Shown one piece after another: positions 49,856 to 59,053 of a DNA stretch of 64,000 bases (positions are counted from its first letter, which is position 1; each line of letters begins with the position of its first letter). A program made the translations under genes and the position numbers. This DNA is from a virus: positions 1 through 64,000 of the IMG/VR virus record IMGVR_UViG_3300032116_000104. The stretch is one strand, 5' to 3'. A model generated the notes under the pieces. The model searched no databases. It worked only from the letters and a program-made list of their open reading frames with translations, and was not told the DNA's origin.

Positions 49856-50436
49856 CAACTCCATACCTAATGCATGGTCCACAGTTTGCCAAGCAATATG
49901 TCAACGACTACCTTCAACGAGACATCCCAACACGACTCGTTGATTACCGCAATGGCTGGAATGTGGACGACATCACTCTTCCTACTCCAGTTTCGTTTTT
50001 TACCTATGAGCCGCTGGCTCTGGACAGTTGGCCCACCATTATCACCGTGGCCATATCAACCAATGGCATGGAGAGAATTGACTTCTCTGGTTCTGACCCC
50101 CTCTACAACGTGACTTATTCAATGAGAACTTATGTTTGGGTAAGGACAGAGGGGTCGTATGAGTCAACGCTCATGAGGGACAGGTTGACAACAGTGCTTC
50201 GCTCAGCCCTGCTTGACTATCCATGCCTTCAGGCCCAGGACCCAAGAAACACATTCAAGGCCGTAATTGACGAGTCGTCACTCAGAGAAGAATTCTCTGA
50301 CCTCACGCTGCTCAAGGGCGACAGGGTTCTCGCTGGTTCCTACCTCTCATACACTCTTTCAATCCATGAAATTGTCTCAAGAAGAACTCTTGGGCAAATT
50401 CAAGAGATTGATGTAACTTATGGGATGATTACCTGA
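49852..50436 (+). CDS. Putative tail terminator/completion protein
   Basis: Position between neck and sheath genes; 194 aa. Confidence 0.6.
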   Translation: MTTPYLMHGPQFAKQYVNDYLQRDIPTRLVDYRNGWNVDDITLPTPVSFFTYEPLALDSWPTIITVAISTNGMERIDFSGSDPLYNVTYSMRTYVWVRTEGSYESTLMRDRLTTVLRSALLDYPCLQAQDPRNTFKAVIDESSLREEFSDLTLLKGDRVLAGSYLSYTLSIHEIVSRRTLGQIQEIDVTYGMIT

Positions 50437-50497
50437 ATTGGGCACACGAAACCTTTGCGTGTTGTACAATCTAGACATTCGGAGCATGGAGTAGTCA

Positions 50498-50893
50498 ATG
50501 CAGAATAAAGTCGTCAACGTCAAGGTCAAGAAGGGTGATTCCCTATCGGGGTTCCCTGCTGGTTCTGTCGTAGTTAAAAACGTCGCTGGAAGAACTATTG
50601 AGGTTGGTGAGCCAAGACTTGCTCTCTTCCCAGGGGAAATTGCTGTTTTCGCTGGCTCCGCCAGGGGCGTTGCCGAGGGGCTTGCCAACAAGACGCTCAA
50701 GTCTGTTCAGGTCGTTGATGCCTATGAAGAGCCTAAGTCGTATATCTCTAGCAAGAAAAAGAAGAATGATGTTCCAGCGCCAGATGAGGAAACTGTTTCT
50801 GAAACAGTTGCATCGGAGGAGCCAGAGTCATCTGTACAATTGGGGCTTGTAGACACCGAGTCTTCCCCCTCTGACCAGCAGGAAGGTAACTAA
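50498..50893 (+). CDS. Hypothetical protein upstream of sheath
   Basis: GGAG RBS; acidic disordered C-terminus; TAATG coupling to sheath. Confidence 0.7.
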   Translation: MQNKVVNVKVKKGDSLSGFPAGSVVVKNVAGRTIEVGEPRLALFPGEIAVFAGSARGVAEGLANKTLKSVQVVDAYEEPKSYISSKKKKNDVPAPDEETVSETVASEEPESSVQLGLVDTESSPSDQQEGN

Positions 50894-52356
50894 TGCCAGG
50901 CATTGTAATTGAAACAGCAGTAAGAACTGGTCCCTCAACCGCGACTGTTCGTGCGTCTTCACAGTTCTTTGTTGTTGGTCTCGCTGAGCGCGGCACCACC
51001 ACTGCTCCAGTCAAGGTTGAGAGCCTTGAGCAGTTTGAGACCTACTTCGGCGGTTATCAGTCCTACTCATACCTCCACCCGACAGTCCAGACCTTCTTTG
51101 AGGAGGGCGGTACTCGCGCCTATGTCGCAAGAGTGGTTGGTTCGGCTGCTGACTCTGGTTCGTTGACTCTTGATGACGGCGACGACGATAACACCATCAC
51201 TATCACTGCTGTTGGCGAGGGCAACTGGTCAACCAGAATCAAGGTTCAGGTTGTTGATGCCTCTGGTGACAGAAACGTCAAGATTCTTCTTGACGATGTG
51301 GAGATTTTCGCAACTGGCGCCCAGTCAACCGTGACTGGCATTATCAACGCCATCAACACCAGCGTTGAGGCTTCTCCGTATGTGGTTGCGAGCAACGATA
51401 ACTCAACCAACAACAACCCACTCCCAGCGGTTCTCGCTGCTACGGCGCTTTCTGCTGGTGACGATGATAGGGCTGCAGTTGTTGCTGCTGACTATGTCAA
51501 TGCTCTTGAACTGTTCAATGACTCATACGGCGATGGCGCCGTGGCGGTTGTGGAGAATACCTCCGACACGGTAAAAGAGGGTCTGGTTGAGCACGCCAAC
51601 ACTCACAGCAGAATCGCCCTTCTCCACTCAGCCTCTGGCACTTCTGTGTCAACGGTAATTGCTGATGCTGAGGAAATCACCGACCTTGAGCATGCCGAGC
51701 ACGCGGCCTACTACTTCCCGTGGGTGTATGTGCCGACTAGCGTGAATGGCGTGAATCGCCTGATTCCTCCGACTGGCTATGTGGCTGCCAAGCGTGCGCA
51801 GGCTCACAACCAGACTGGACCTCACGCTCCTGCTGCTGGCCTGATGTCACGCTCGCGCTTCGTCAATGGAGTTGAGACAGATATTGACCGCACCAACGGC
51901 GACCTTCTTGACAACGGCAAGGTCAACGCTATCCGCGTTCTGAGCAACACCATCCGTATCTACGGTGCACGCTCATGCTCGTCTGATGTCGCCAACTTCC
52001 GCTTCTACACTGCTCAGGATGTTCTGAACTCAGTGGTGACGCAAGCCTTCACCTCGCTTGAGGACCTGGTGTTCTCTGTCATTGACGGCAGAAACATCGT
52101 CCTGGCTTCGGTGGAGTCGCGCCTTGTGAGTCTCCTTGAGGGTCTCAAGAACCTCGGCGCCCTGTACCCATCGTTTGATGCCTTTGGTGTTCAGGTTGAC
52201 CCTGGCTACACGGTCAAGTGCAACCCATCCATCAACCCACTCACCCAACTAGCCGATGGCACCATCAAGGCCGAGGTTGGAATCAGGGTGTCCAGCATTG
52301 GCGACAAGATTAACGTCACAATCGTCAAGTCCAACCTGACTACATCTATTGTCTAG
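50893..52356 (+). CDS. Tail sheath protein
   Basis: MPG..I, G..ERG....V.S..QFE..FG, FF.EGG..AYV.RV, Y.PW......PP.G..A, VN.IR.....IYGAR. Confidence 0.93.
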   Translation: MPGIVIETAVRTGPSTATVRASSQFFVVGLAERGTTTAPVKVESLEQFETYFGGYQSYSYLHPTVQTFFEEGGTRAYVARVVGSAADSGSLTLDDGDDDNTITITAVGEGNWSTRIKVQVVDASGDRNVKILLDDVEIFATGAQSTVTGIINAINTSVEASPYVVASNDNSTNNNPLPAVLAATALSAGDDDRAAVVAADYVNALELFNDSYGDGAVAVVENTSDTVKEGLVEHANTHSRIALLHSASGTSVSTVIADAEEITDLEHAEHAAYYFPWVYVPTSVNGVNRLIPPTGYVAAKRAQAHNQTGPHAPAAGLMSRSRFVNGVETDIDRTNGDLLDNGKVNAIRVLSNTIRIYGARSCSSDVANFRFYTAQDVLNSVVTQAFTSLEDLVFSVIDGRNIVLASVESRLVSLLEGLKNLGALYPSFDAFGVQVDPGYTVKCNPSINPLTQLADGTIKAEVGIRVSSIGDKINVTIVKSNLTTSIV

Positions 52357-52369
52357 GAGTAGATAAACA

Positions 52370-52843
52370 ATGGCAAAAGTATCCCAGAGACAGGTCCTTG
52401 CGACAATTGACCCAGTGACCACTGGGGCCCCAAAGTGGAATGAGTTCCGCTTTGCCCAGGTGTCAGGTGGAGAAATCACCGCGTCTGTGGAGAAAATCTA
52501 CGAGGGTGGTGCTCAGTTCCCGACGGTGCTGTGCGCCCCATACGAGATTGGCGACATCACGCTAACCGCCCACTTTGACGATGACGTAACTCCGTCTGAT
52601 GACTACAATGGTATTGCCTACAAACTGCGTCTACTCCGCGACAGAGTTGGCAAGGCCTACTACAACATCACGGTTGCTACATACGACTGTGACCTCAAGG
52701 TGAACGGCAACGACCGCATCTACAGCAACTGCCTCCTGGTTGGCCTGACCGAGCCAGACGGCGACTCTTCATCGGGTGCCCCAGCGACGTTTGCTCTGAC
52801 CTTCTCGGTCCAGAACGTCACTGGTCCTAGCACCAACGCCTGA
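52370..52843 (+). CDS. Tail tube protein
   Basis: Follows sheath; F..VSGG......Y.GG.......ITL...DGDS.S....LT. Confidence 0.85.
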   Translation: MAKVSQRQVLATIDPVTTGAPKWNEFRFAQVSGGEITASVEKIYEGGAQFPTVLCAPYEIGDITLTAHFDDDVTPSDDYNGIAYKLRLLRDRVGKAYYNITVATYDCDLKVNGNDRIYSNCLLVGLTEPDGDSSSGAPATFALTFSVQNVTGPSTNA

Positions 52844-52905
52844 TTAGTTAATCTCTTTACAGGGTAGTTTCCCACGGGGTGGGTGCTGTGTGCTAGGTTT
52901 CTGGC

Positions 52906-53421
52906 ATGAGCGAAAACTCCCTTTACCTAGAAGAAACCCCCGAGCCAAAGAAGGGCGCCAAGTCGGCCCCTGCGCAGCCAACTGTCCTTGACCGCCTGAA
53001 GGAGACAATCTCCAAGAAGGTTGAGCGCCAGACTGTTCACCTTGAGGTTCCAGAGCGTCCGAATGTGACCCTCATCATCTCCCCTAACATCAGTCAGCAT
53101 GATATGCGTCGTTGGCGCAAGGCTGCTGGCGAGGACAGCAAGAACGGCATGGATGCCACCCGCTTTGCTTGTTCGGTAATCGGACACACCACCGTCGGAA
53201 TCGCCTTTGACGGCGAAGAGGTCATGGACGAAGAGGGCTATCCGCTGAACTTTGCCTCTCCAGTAATCATGGAGATGACGGATACTAGCCGTCCAATCCC
53301 AGAGGCAGTTCGTGCATTCTTCGGAATTGACCCACATATTGAGGCTGCTGCCCTCGCGATTCTTGATGCGGCTGGCTACGGGGAGACCGTAGATACCGTG
53401 GACCCTACGAAGGGGTCATAG
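52906..53421 (+). CDS. Tail assembly chaperone (G-like)
   Basis: Between tube and tape measure; ends DPTKGS; leaderless TAGGTT-N6-ATG. Confidence 0.8.
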   Translation: MSENSLYLEETPEPKKGAKSAPAQPTVLDRLKETISKKVERQTVHLEVPERPNVTLIISPNISQHDMRRWRKAAGEDSKNGMDATRFACSVIGHTTVGIAFDGEEVMDEEGYPLNFASPVIMEMTDTSRPIPEAVRAFFGIDPHIEAAALAILDAAGYGETVDTVDPTKGS

Positions 53422-53591
53422 AAGACTTAGCCGATGAGGCTGTAATTATCTCAGCCGCGAGGCTGGGAGAAGTCTTCGGAACTGACCCAGTCAGGATTCT
53501 TGACTCAACTGATGACGAATGGGTCATTAGGCTTGCTTGTGCTAAAGTGGTTGCCAGAGACCGCGAAGAACAGGCCAAGAAAAACAAGTAG
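53403..53591 (+). CDS. -1 frame extension of the tail chaperone (GT-like product)
   Basis: The -1 frame is open from 53367 to TAG at 53591 (PYEGVIEDLADEA...KKNK) and has no usable start codon. Confidence 0.7.
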   Translation, partial: PYEGVIEDLADEAVIISAARLGEVFGTDPVRILDSTDDEWVIRLACAKVVARDREEQAKKNK

Positions 53592-53627
53592 TTTCTTGGT
53601 CTTCGCGTCGTTGCGCACGGAGATGGC

Positions 53628-56600
53628 ATGGCTGACGAAAAAGTCACAATCAAGATTGAAGTCAACTCTGACGTTCGTGGCGCAAAAAGAGTCAATCGGG
53701 AACTCAAAGAAATTGCCCGCACTGCCGACCGCATCAATGCCCATTCTGGCATGCGGAGCAGTACAAAAAACCTCACTGGAATGCTCAATGGGCAGCAAGT
53801 GGTCTGGAAGAAGCACTTTGATGAACTTGACAAGTTGACCAAGATGTTCGGCAAGGGCATGCAAATGGGCATGAAACTTGCCACCAAAGCCGTTATTGCC
53901 GAACTAGCGATTCTCAGCGTCTCGCTCGTTGGTATCCATGGACTGTTTGCCGCTGGTCAGGGGATAATGAAAGCCTACCGATGGGCCCTTGATGCCACTG
54001 GCGCTGCGGCTACTGGACTTGTTTTTGCCTTGTCAACAGTTGCTGCTGCATTGAGAGAACAACAGGCGGCAATGTACGCCTACAAGACCAATACTCTTCC
54101 GCAGTTCGGCTCTGGGCTGAACCAGACGAGAGTTCTGATGAGGGCTCTTAGTTCCGACAGTGAGATGGCTTTCATCGGTGTTGAGAATCTCAACAAGGCA
54201 TTTGCTGCAGTATCCAAGAACTCAACATGGACCGCAAATAGTCAGCAACTCCTTAGAGGACTCATGGACTTTGCGGCTGCTGGTCAGCCACTTGAGCAAG
54301 GTGTTGAGAAGGCTGGAGAACTCATCGGCTTGCTCCAGGACACCAAGTCATCCTGGGGTTCTATCAAGAAAGCAGCCGAAGCATCAAGCCCTGCAATGAA
54401 AAAGGCTCTTGAAGAAGCCAAGAAGCAGGGAATCAATACAAGAGAAGAACTCATCAATGCCATCAATAGCGGCCAGTTGTCTTCGCTAGGTGGAGTGAGT
54501 GGTCAGTTTGACGCCGTGAGCGGAACCCTCATTAACCAACTCAAGGGGTACTTCAACATTGTTCGCGGAAGATTTGCTGACCTTGGACAGCAGTTTCTTG
54601 CGCCAGTCAAAGAGGCCATGAGCGAGTTGATGAACATCTTCAATAGAATGTTCATCAGAACAATCCCAGCCCTCTCCAAGAGGGGAATCAACTCGTTCAC
54701 TGATGGAATTGTCAATGTTGCAGAAAAGATAGAAAGACTCTATTCAAAAATTATCTACCAATACACTGAAAGAACTGAGGGAGTTTTTGAGGGCATTTCC
54801 AAATGGTGGGCAAAGTTCAGACAGGGATGGGAAGACACAAAAGAAGCCCTAAGACCGTTTATTGAGGGTGCTCGCGTCATTGAGGACGCCCTAAAGGCGG
54901 CGTTCCAGCCCATCAAGGAGACTGTCTCTGGAAAGTTTGGCGACTTCAATGAATGGCTTCAGGAGAACAGGGGGGAAGTCGTTGAGTTTGGCGACAAGAT
55001 GGGCAAACTTGTTTCTGCGATATTGAAACTTTTTGGGGAAATTGGCAAACTTTATAGAACCCTTCTGCCGTTCATTAACAGACTCGTTGACGGACTTACA
55101 CAGGTAGTTAACCTGACATCCAGCATGTTTGGCATGTTTAGTGGCATGGGGCAATTTGGCGGTCTATTTGCCCTACTTGGAATGCGTCAACTTGGAGGAA
55201 AGTTGGCTGGCACCAGAGGTGGATTTATAGGTGTGGGTGCTGGCGCTGCTGGTTCTGCACCTGCTGGAAGTTATGGACCATATGGTTCAAACTTCGCCAC
55301 AATGCAGCAACAGGCAGCACAAAGACAAGGCATGGGGGTAAGAAGCGGTGGCCTGAGGAGCAGCACTGGCGCTGCCGCTGCCGCTGGCACTGCTGGTCGT
55401 GGTGGTTTTAGAGGATTCATGTCAAATGTCGGTACAAGATTCGGCAACTATGCATCACAGCAGTTCGGCCCCATGGACATGGCTGAGTACAGGAGAATAG
55501 AGAAAGGGGCGCAACAGCCGACTGCATTTCAAAGAAGCAGCACCATGCAGGCCCTAAGAAGGGCAAGATACAGAAACCAGGGGCTTCAAAAATTCCAGCA
55601 AAGCGGTGGAGCAAAACTGGGAGTCGGCATGGGACTTGGAATGCTGAGTGCCGTCGCTCCAGCCGAGATGCAGGGTGCCCTTGCGCTCGGCGGCATGGCT
55701 GCCCAAATCAATCCGATGCTTGGTTTGGCAGTCGGCGGCCTTGGTGCCGCCATGAATGCCCAGGGTGGCTTGAGTGGAGCGCTGGCTGGCGCTGGCGGTG
55801 GAGCCGCACTCGGTGCCATGGTTGGAGGACCAGTTGGGGCAATGGTCGGAGCCGCTCTTGGTGGCATTGCTGGAGCAATTAGGGGCTGGACCAATAAGAG
55901 CAAAACACAAGCAAAAATGGCCAGGAAAGCAGTTACTGATACCCTAACAAGCATTACTACTGGTGCTGCAGAGTTTGCTATTGCCGAACTGATGGCTGGC
56001 CCAGGGAGGGGTGCTAACCCAATCAGGGAAGCACTGCAAAAACAAAAGTCGCAAGCACAGTCATTCGGAGATGTTGTTCGTTCTGGAATGGGAAACAGGG
56101 CGCAAAACAAAGAACTATTGCAGGACCTTTTTGACAATCAACTAACGCTTGGCATCAAAATCACTGAGAGCCAATTGAAAGACATGATGGAAAAGCCAGA
56201 TACCGCAGTATCTGAGTACATCAAGCAGACCAATGCCCAGATGGGTGCAAGCGAAATTGTCATGGACTCTTTCAATACCAAAATGCAGTTCTTGCAGAAT
56301 TACACTGGTCAAACAGAAGACCAAATTCTTGCGCTAGCAAAGACCATGGGAGTAAATCTCCTTGACGGAACCCAGACAGCGATGGAAGCCCTTGAGGAAA
56401 TGGGCAAATTGCAAGTCAAGACAGCGGAACAAATGAAAAACGTCTTCACAGAGGCATACGCATCTGCTGAAGGCGTGTTTGACAAAATCATCAAGCAAAA
56501 AGAAGCACCTAAAATTCTTGATGAAATGGCGAAAGCATTGTCTGGCAAACTTCAGCGTGGTGGTGGAGAGAAACAAATTCTAGATTTCTTCAAAGAGTCA

Positions 56601-57623
56601 ATGCCAGCATTGATAGCCCAATTTGGTAGTGGCGACCTTGCCATGGCTCAACTAGTTACGAGTTTTTTTGGTCCAAATGCAACCGCATTCCAGAAGGGCG
56701 GACCATTTGAGGGAATGCAAGGGCAATTTGCTTCTGTTCAAGATGAACTTATGCTTGTTATAAAAGAATTTGCTGGCGGAGCAGTTCCAGGCATCATTGA
56801 CCAGATACAAAATACCCTTCCAGAAGGAAGGCAGTTGGGTGATGTTGGCGGCCTAACGACTGCACTAACTAGTCTTCTGTCAACCAATCCAGAGTTGTTT
56901 GCACAAATTACAACTGGTTCCGTTAACCAATTTGGTGGCGACCCACTAAAGTTCTTTCAAAATTTTGGCGTTGGACTCACAACAGTGGCCACAGAAGATA
57001 CTACCCGTGACAATTTAGATGAACTTCCAACTGAACTCAAGACACAATATGAAGCGCTGGTCAAAGAGTTTGACAAAGTATTTGCAAAATATACAGAAAA
57101 ACCAGACTGGATGACTGATAAGTTTATTAAATTTGTTGATGAAAACAACGATACGGCAACCCCTCGCGGCGCTGGCATTGGGGACACAACATCCTCGCGC
57201 CTAGCAGTAACAATGAACCGTCACTCAGTAATGGACGACATGTTGACTGGCAAGAGAAATGTTACTTCTGCATGGAGAAACTGGGGACTCGGCTCCATGA
57301 ACTCTGACCATGTGACGGGAAGGGCCTATGACCTAACTGGGCAGAACCTTGGGGGATATCAGCAACTTGTTCAGAGCACTGGTGGATTTGCGGAGTTCCA
57401 TGGGACTAACGCCAGTAGGCATCTCCACGTCGTTCCAGGCCCAGTTGGTGACACAGCCGTTCCAGCCATGACAACTCCAGGACCAATGATGGCCACTGGC
57501 GGGTCAACCTACAATAACTACAATTTTACTGTGTCCAGCAATTCATCCGACCCAGAAGTGGTTGCTAATGTCGTGATGCGAAAGATTGAAGAAACACAAA
57601 GGGACAAGAGGGAACGCAAGTGA
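53628..57623 (+). CDS. Tape measure protein with C-terminal M15-like peptidoglycan peptidase domain
   Basis: Long helical, Gly/Ala-rich protein; C-terminal VTS.WR......SDH.TGRAYDL...HLHV. Confidence 0.92.
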   Translation: MADEKVTIKIEVNSDVRGAKRVNRELKEIARTADRINAHSGMRSSTKNLTGMLNGQQVVWKKHFDELDKLTKMFGKGMQMGMKLATKAVIAELAILSVSLVGIHGLFAAGQGIMKAYRWALDATGAAATGLVFALSTVAAALREQQAAMYAYKTNTLPQFGSGLNQTRVLMRALSSDSEMAFIGVENLNKAFAAVSKNSTWTANSQQLLRGLMDFAAAGQPLEQGVEKAGELIGLLQDTKSSWGSIKKAAEASSPAMKKALEEAKKQGINTREELINAINSGQLSSLGGVSGQFDAVSGTLINQLKGYFNIVRGRFADLGQQFLAPVKEAMSELMNIFNRMFIRTIPALSKRGINSFTDGIVNVAEKIERLYSKIIYQYTERTEGVFEGISKWWAKFRQGWEDTKEALRPFIEGARVIEDALKAAFQPIKETVSGKFGDFNEWLQENRGEVVEFGDKMGKLVSAILKLFGEIGKLYRTLLPFINRLVDGLTQVVNLTSSMFGMFSGMGQFGGLFALLGMRQLGGKLAGTRGGFIGVGAGAAGSAPAGSYGPYGSNFATMQQQAAQRQGMGVRSGGLRSSTGAAAAAGTAGRGGFRGFMSNVGTRFGNYASQQFGPMDMAEYRRIEKGAQQPTAFQRSSTMQALRRARYRNQGLQKFQQSGGAKLGVGMGLGMLSAVAPAEMQGALALGGMAAQINPMLGLAVGGLGAAMNAQGGLSGALAGAGGGAALGAMVGGPVGAMVGAALGGIAGAIRGWTNKSKTQAKMARKAVTDTLTSITTGAAEFAIAELMAGPGRGANPIREALQKQKSQAQSFGDVVRSGMGNRAQNKELLQDLFDNQLTLGIKITESQLKDMMEKPDTAVSEYIKQTNAQMGASEIVMDSFNTKMQFLQNYTGQTEDQILALAKTMGVNLLDGTQTAMEALEEMGKLQVKTAEQMKNVFTEAYASAEGVFDKIIKQKEAPKILDEMAKALSGKLQRGGGEKQILDFFKESMPALIAQFGSGDLAMAQLVTSFFGPNATAFQKGGPFEGMQGQFASVQDELMLVIKEFAGGAVPGIIDQIQNTLPEGRQLGDVGGLTTALTSLLSTNPELFAQITTGSVNQFGGDPLKFFQNFGVGLTTVATEDTTRDNLDELPTELKTQYEALVKEFDKVFAKYTEKPDWMTDKFIKFVDENNDTATPRGAGIGDTTSSRLAVTMNRHSVMDDMLTGKRNVTSAWRNWGLGSMNSDHVTGRAYDLTGQNLGGYQQLVQSTGGFAEFHGTNASRHLHVVPGPVGDTAVPAMTTPGPMMATGGSTYNNYNFTVSSNSSDPEVVANVVMRKIEETQRDKRERK

Positions 57624-59047
57624 CAACTCAAATAACTATTCCTGATTCAGTTTATGATGGCACTCTTCCGACAATGCAGACACGTGTTACAGGTAGGGCG
57701 GTTTTTGAGAATCTCGGTGGAGCAGGAAGATGGATTGCCGTTAATTACAAAGGACAAAAAAAATATTTCAGAGGCACTGGCGAAACAATTCTCAGAGACT
57801 TTCTGATAACTGACGGTAATAGTAATGGTTCCAATTTAGCGGGATACGACATACGCTTTCCAATATTCAGGCAACTAATTCAAAACAATGGAACATGGGC
57901 GATGTCAGTCACGAGGTTTATACCATCATTTGCTGGTGGAAGCACTGAAAAAAATAATACAAAATTGGTCAGCGCTGGCCCCAATCCAAGAATAACAATG
58001 CTAATTCTTGATAGCGCACCTTTGTCTAGAAGTTACAGTTTTGTGTACAGGGGAAGGACAATAACTGGAAATACAAACAGCCTGAGTGCGGTTACAACTA
58101 ACTATCAATTTAGGGCTCCGACAGTTTCAGTACCTTCTTCTGCAGCGAATGCGCGGATGTTTGAGATGGGCGACCTGCAAAGACTCGCACAAGCCGCGCG
58201 AGCAGCAGAAGCGGCTAACTCAAACGGTCGTTCCTCCTCTTCATCAAGAACGTCTAGGCGACCAGGTGCGCCAGCAGTAGCACCTCCTGCGAGATTCACT
58301 CCAAGACCACAGCCAGCACCTATTACTGTTGACTTTGGTCCAGGACTGCAGTTTGGACCGTCTCCGTCGGAATTGGCGAATAAGCCATACCTTATGCAGA
58401 GATTTGTCATTACTGGTGCTGACGGCAATCCTCAACAGGTTACTCGCAGATTTCTCCTCAAAATTATTCCCAACTCCTTCCAGTACAGCAATGTCAATGC
58501 TGCGTGGAACGAAGTTGATAGGCCAGGAAACTTTGCTATTACTGACTGGGCAAAATACAATCTATTAAAAGTTTCTTTCAAGTTCCTTATTGCCGCCGAT
58601 GTATCACCAGACAGGTTGATAGACGATTCCCCTTCAAGTATTCCTCGTGATGGATTGCTCTCAAGCATTGAACCAGAACTAAGAGAAATCAGGGCAATTG
58701 CTGGAGCGCCGCATCCAGTTTCACTGATTAATTTTCAGTCGTATCTTACCAATACAATGCGGTTTCCATTCATTGAGGATAAGTCTGGAGCAAAGTTTGT
58801 TATCGCAGACATGAGCGTAACAACATCAAGATTCTTGCCAAGCGGCATAATGGATGCAAGCGCTGCTGAAGTATCAATGACGCTAACTGAGTTTGTTGAG
58901 CCAGTCACTCAATTGGCAAAACTGCCACCCATTCAGTCACAACAGAGACCACCGAGTACTTCAACAAACAGACCACCAGCAGCCAATAATCGCGGTCTAT
59001 ATAGCGATTCGTGGACAATACCTATCCCCAGGACACAGCAGCCGTAA
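57620..59047 (+). CDS. Tail tube initiator / baseplate protein
   Basis: C-terminal P.SFQYS....W.E.DRPG......L..VSF...A.VS.TL.E; follows tape measure. Confidence 0.65.
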   Translation: MTTQITIPDSVYDGTLPTMQTRVTGRAVFENLGGAGRWIAVNYKGQKKYFRGTGETILRDFLITDGNSNGSNLAGYDIRFPIFRQLIQNNGTWAMSVTRFIPSFAGGSTEKNNTKLVSAGPNPRITMLILDSAPLSRSYSFVYRGRTITGNTNSLSAVTTNYQFRAPTVSVPSSAANARMFEMGDLQRLAQAARAAEAANSNGRSSSSSRTSRRPGAPAVAPPARFTPRPQPAPITVDFGPGLQFGPSPSELANKPYLMQRFVITGADGNPQQVTRRFLLKIIPNSFQYSNVNAAWNEVDRPGNFAITDWAKYNLLKVSFKFLIAADVSPDRLIDDSPSSIPRDGLLSSIEPELREIRAIAGAPHPVSLINFQSYLTNTMRFPFIEDKSGAKFVIADMSVTTSRFLPSGIMDASAAEVSMTLTEFVEPVTQLAKLPPIQSQQRPPSTSTNRPPAANNRGLYSDSWTIPIPRTQQP

Positions 59048-59053
59048 TCAGCC

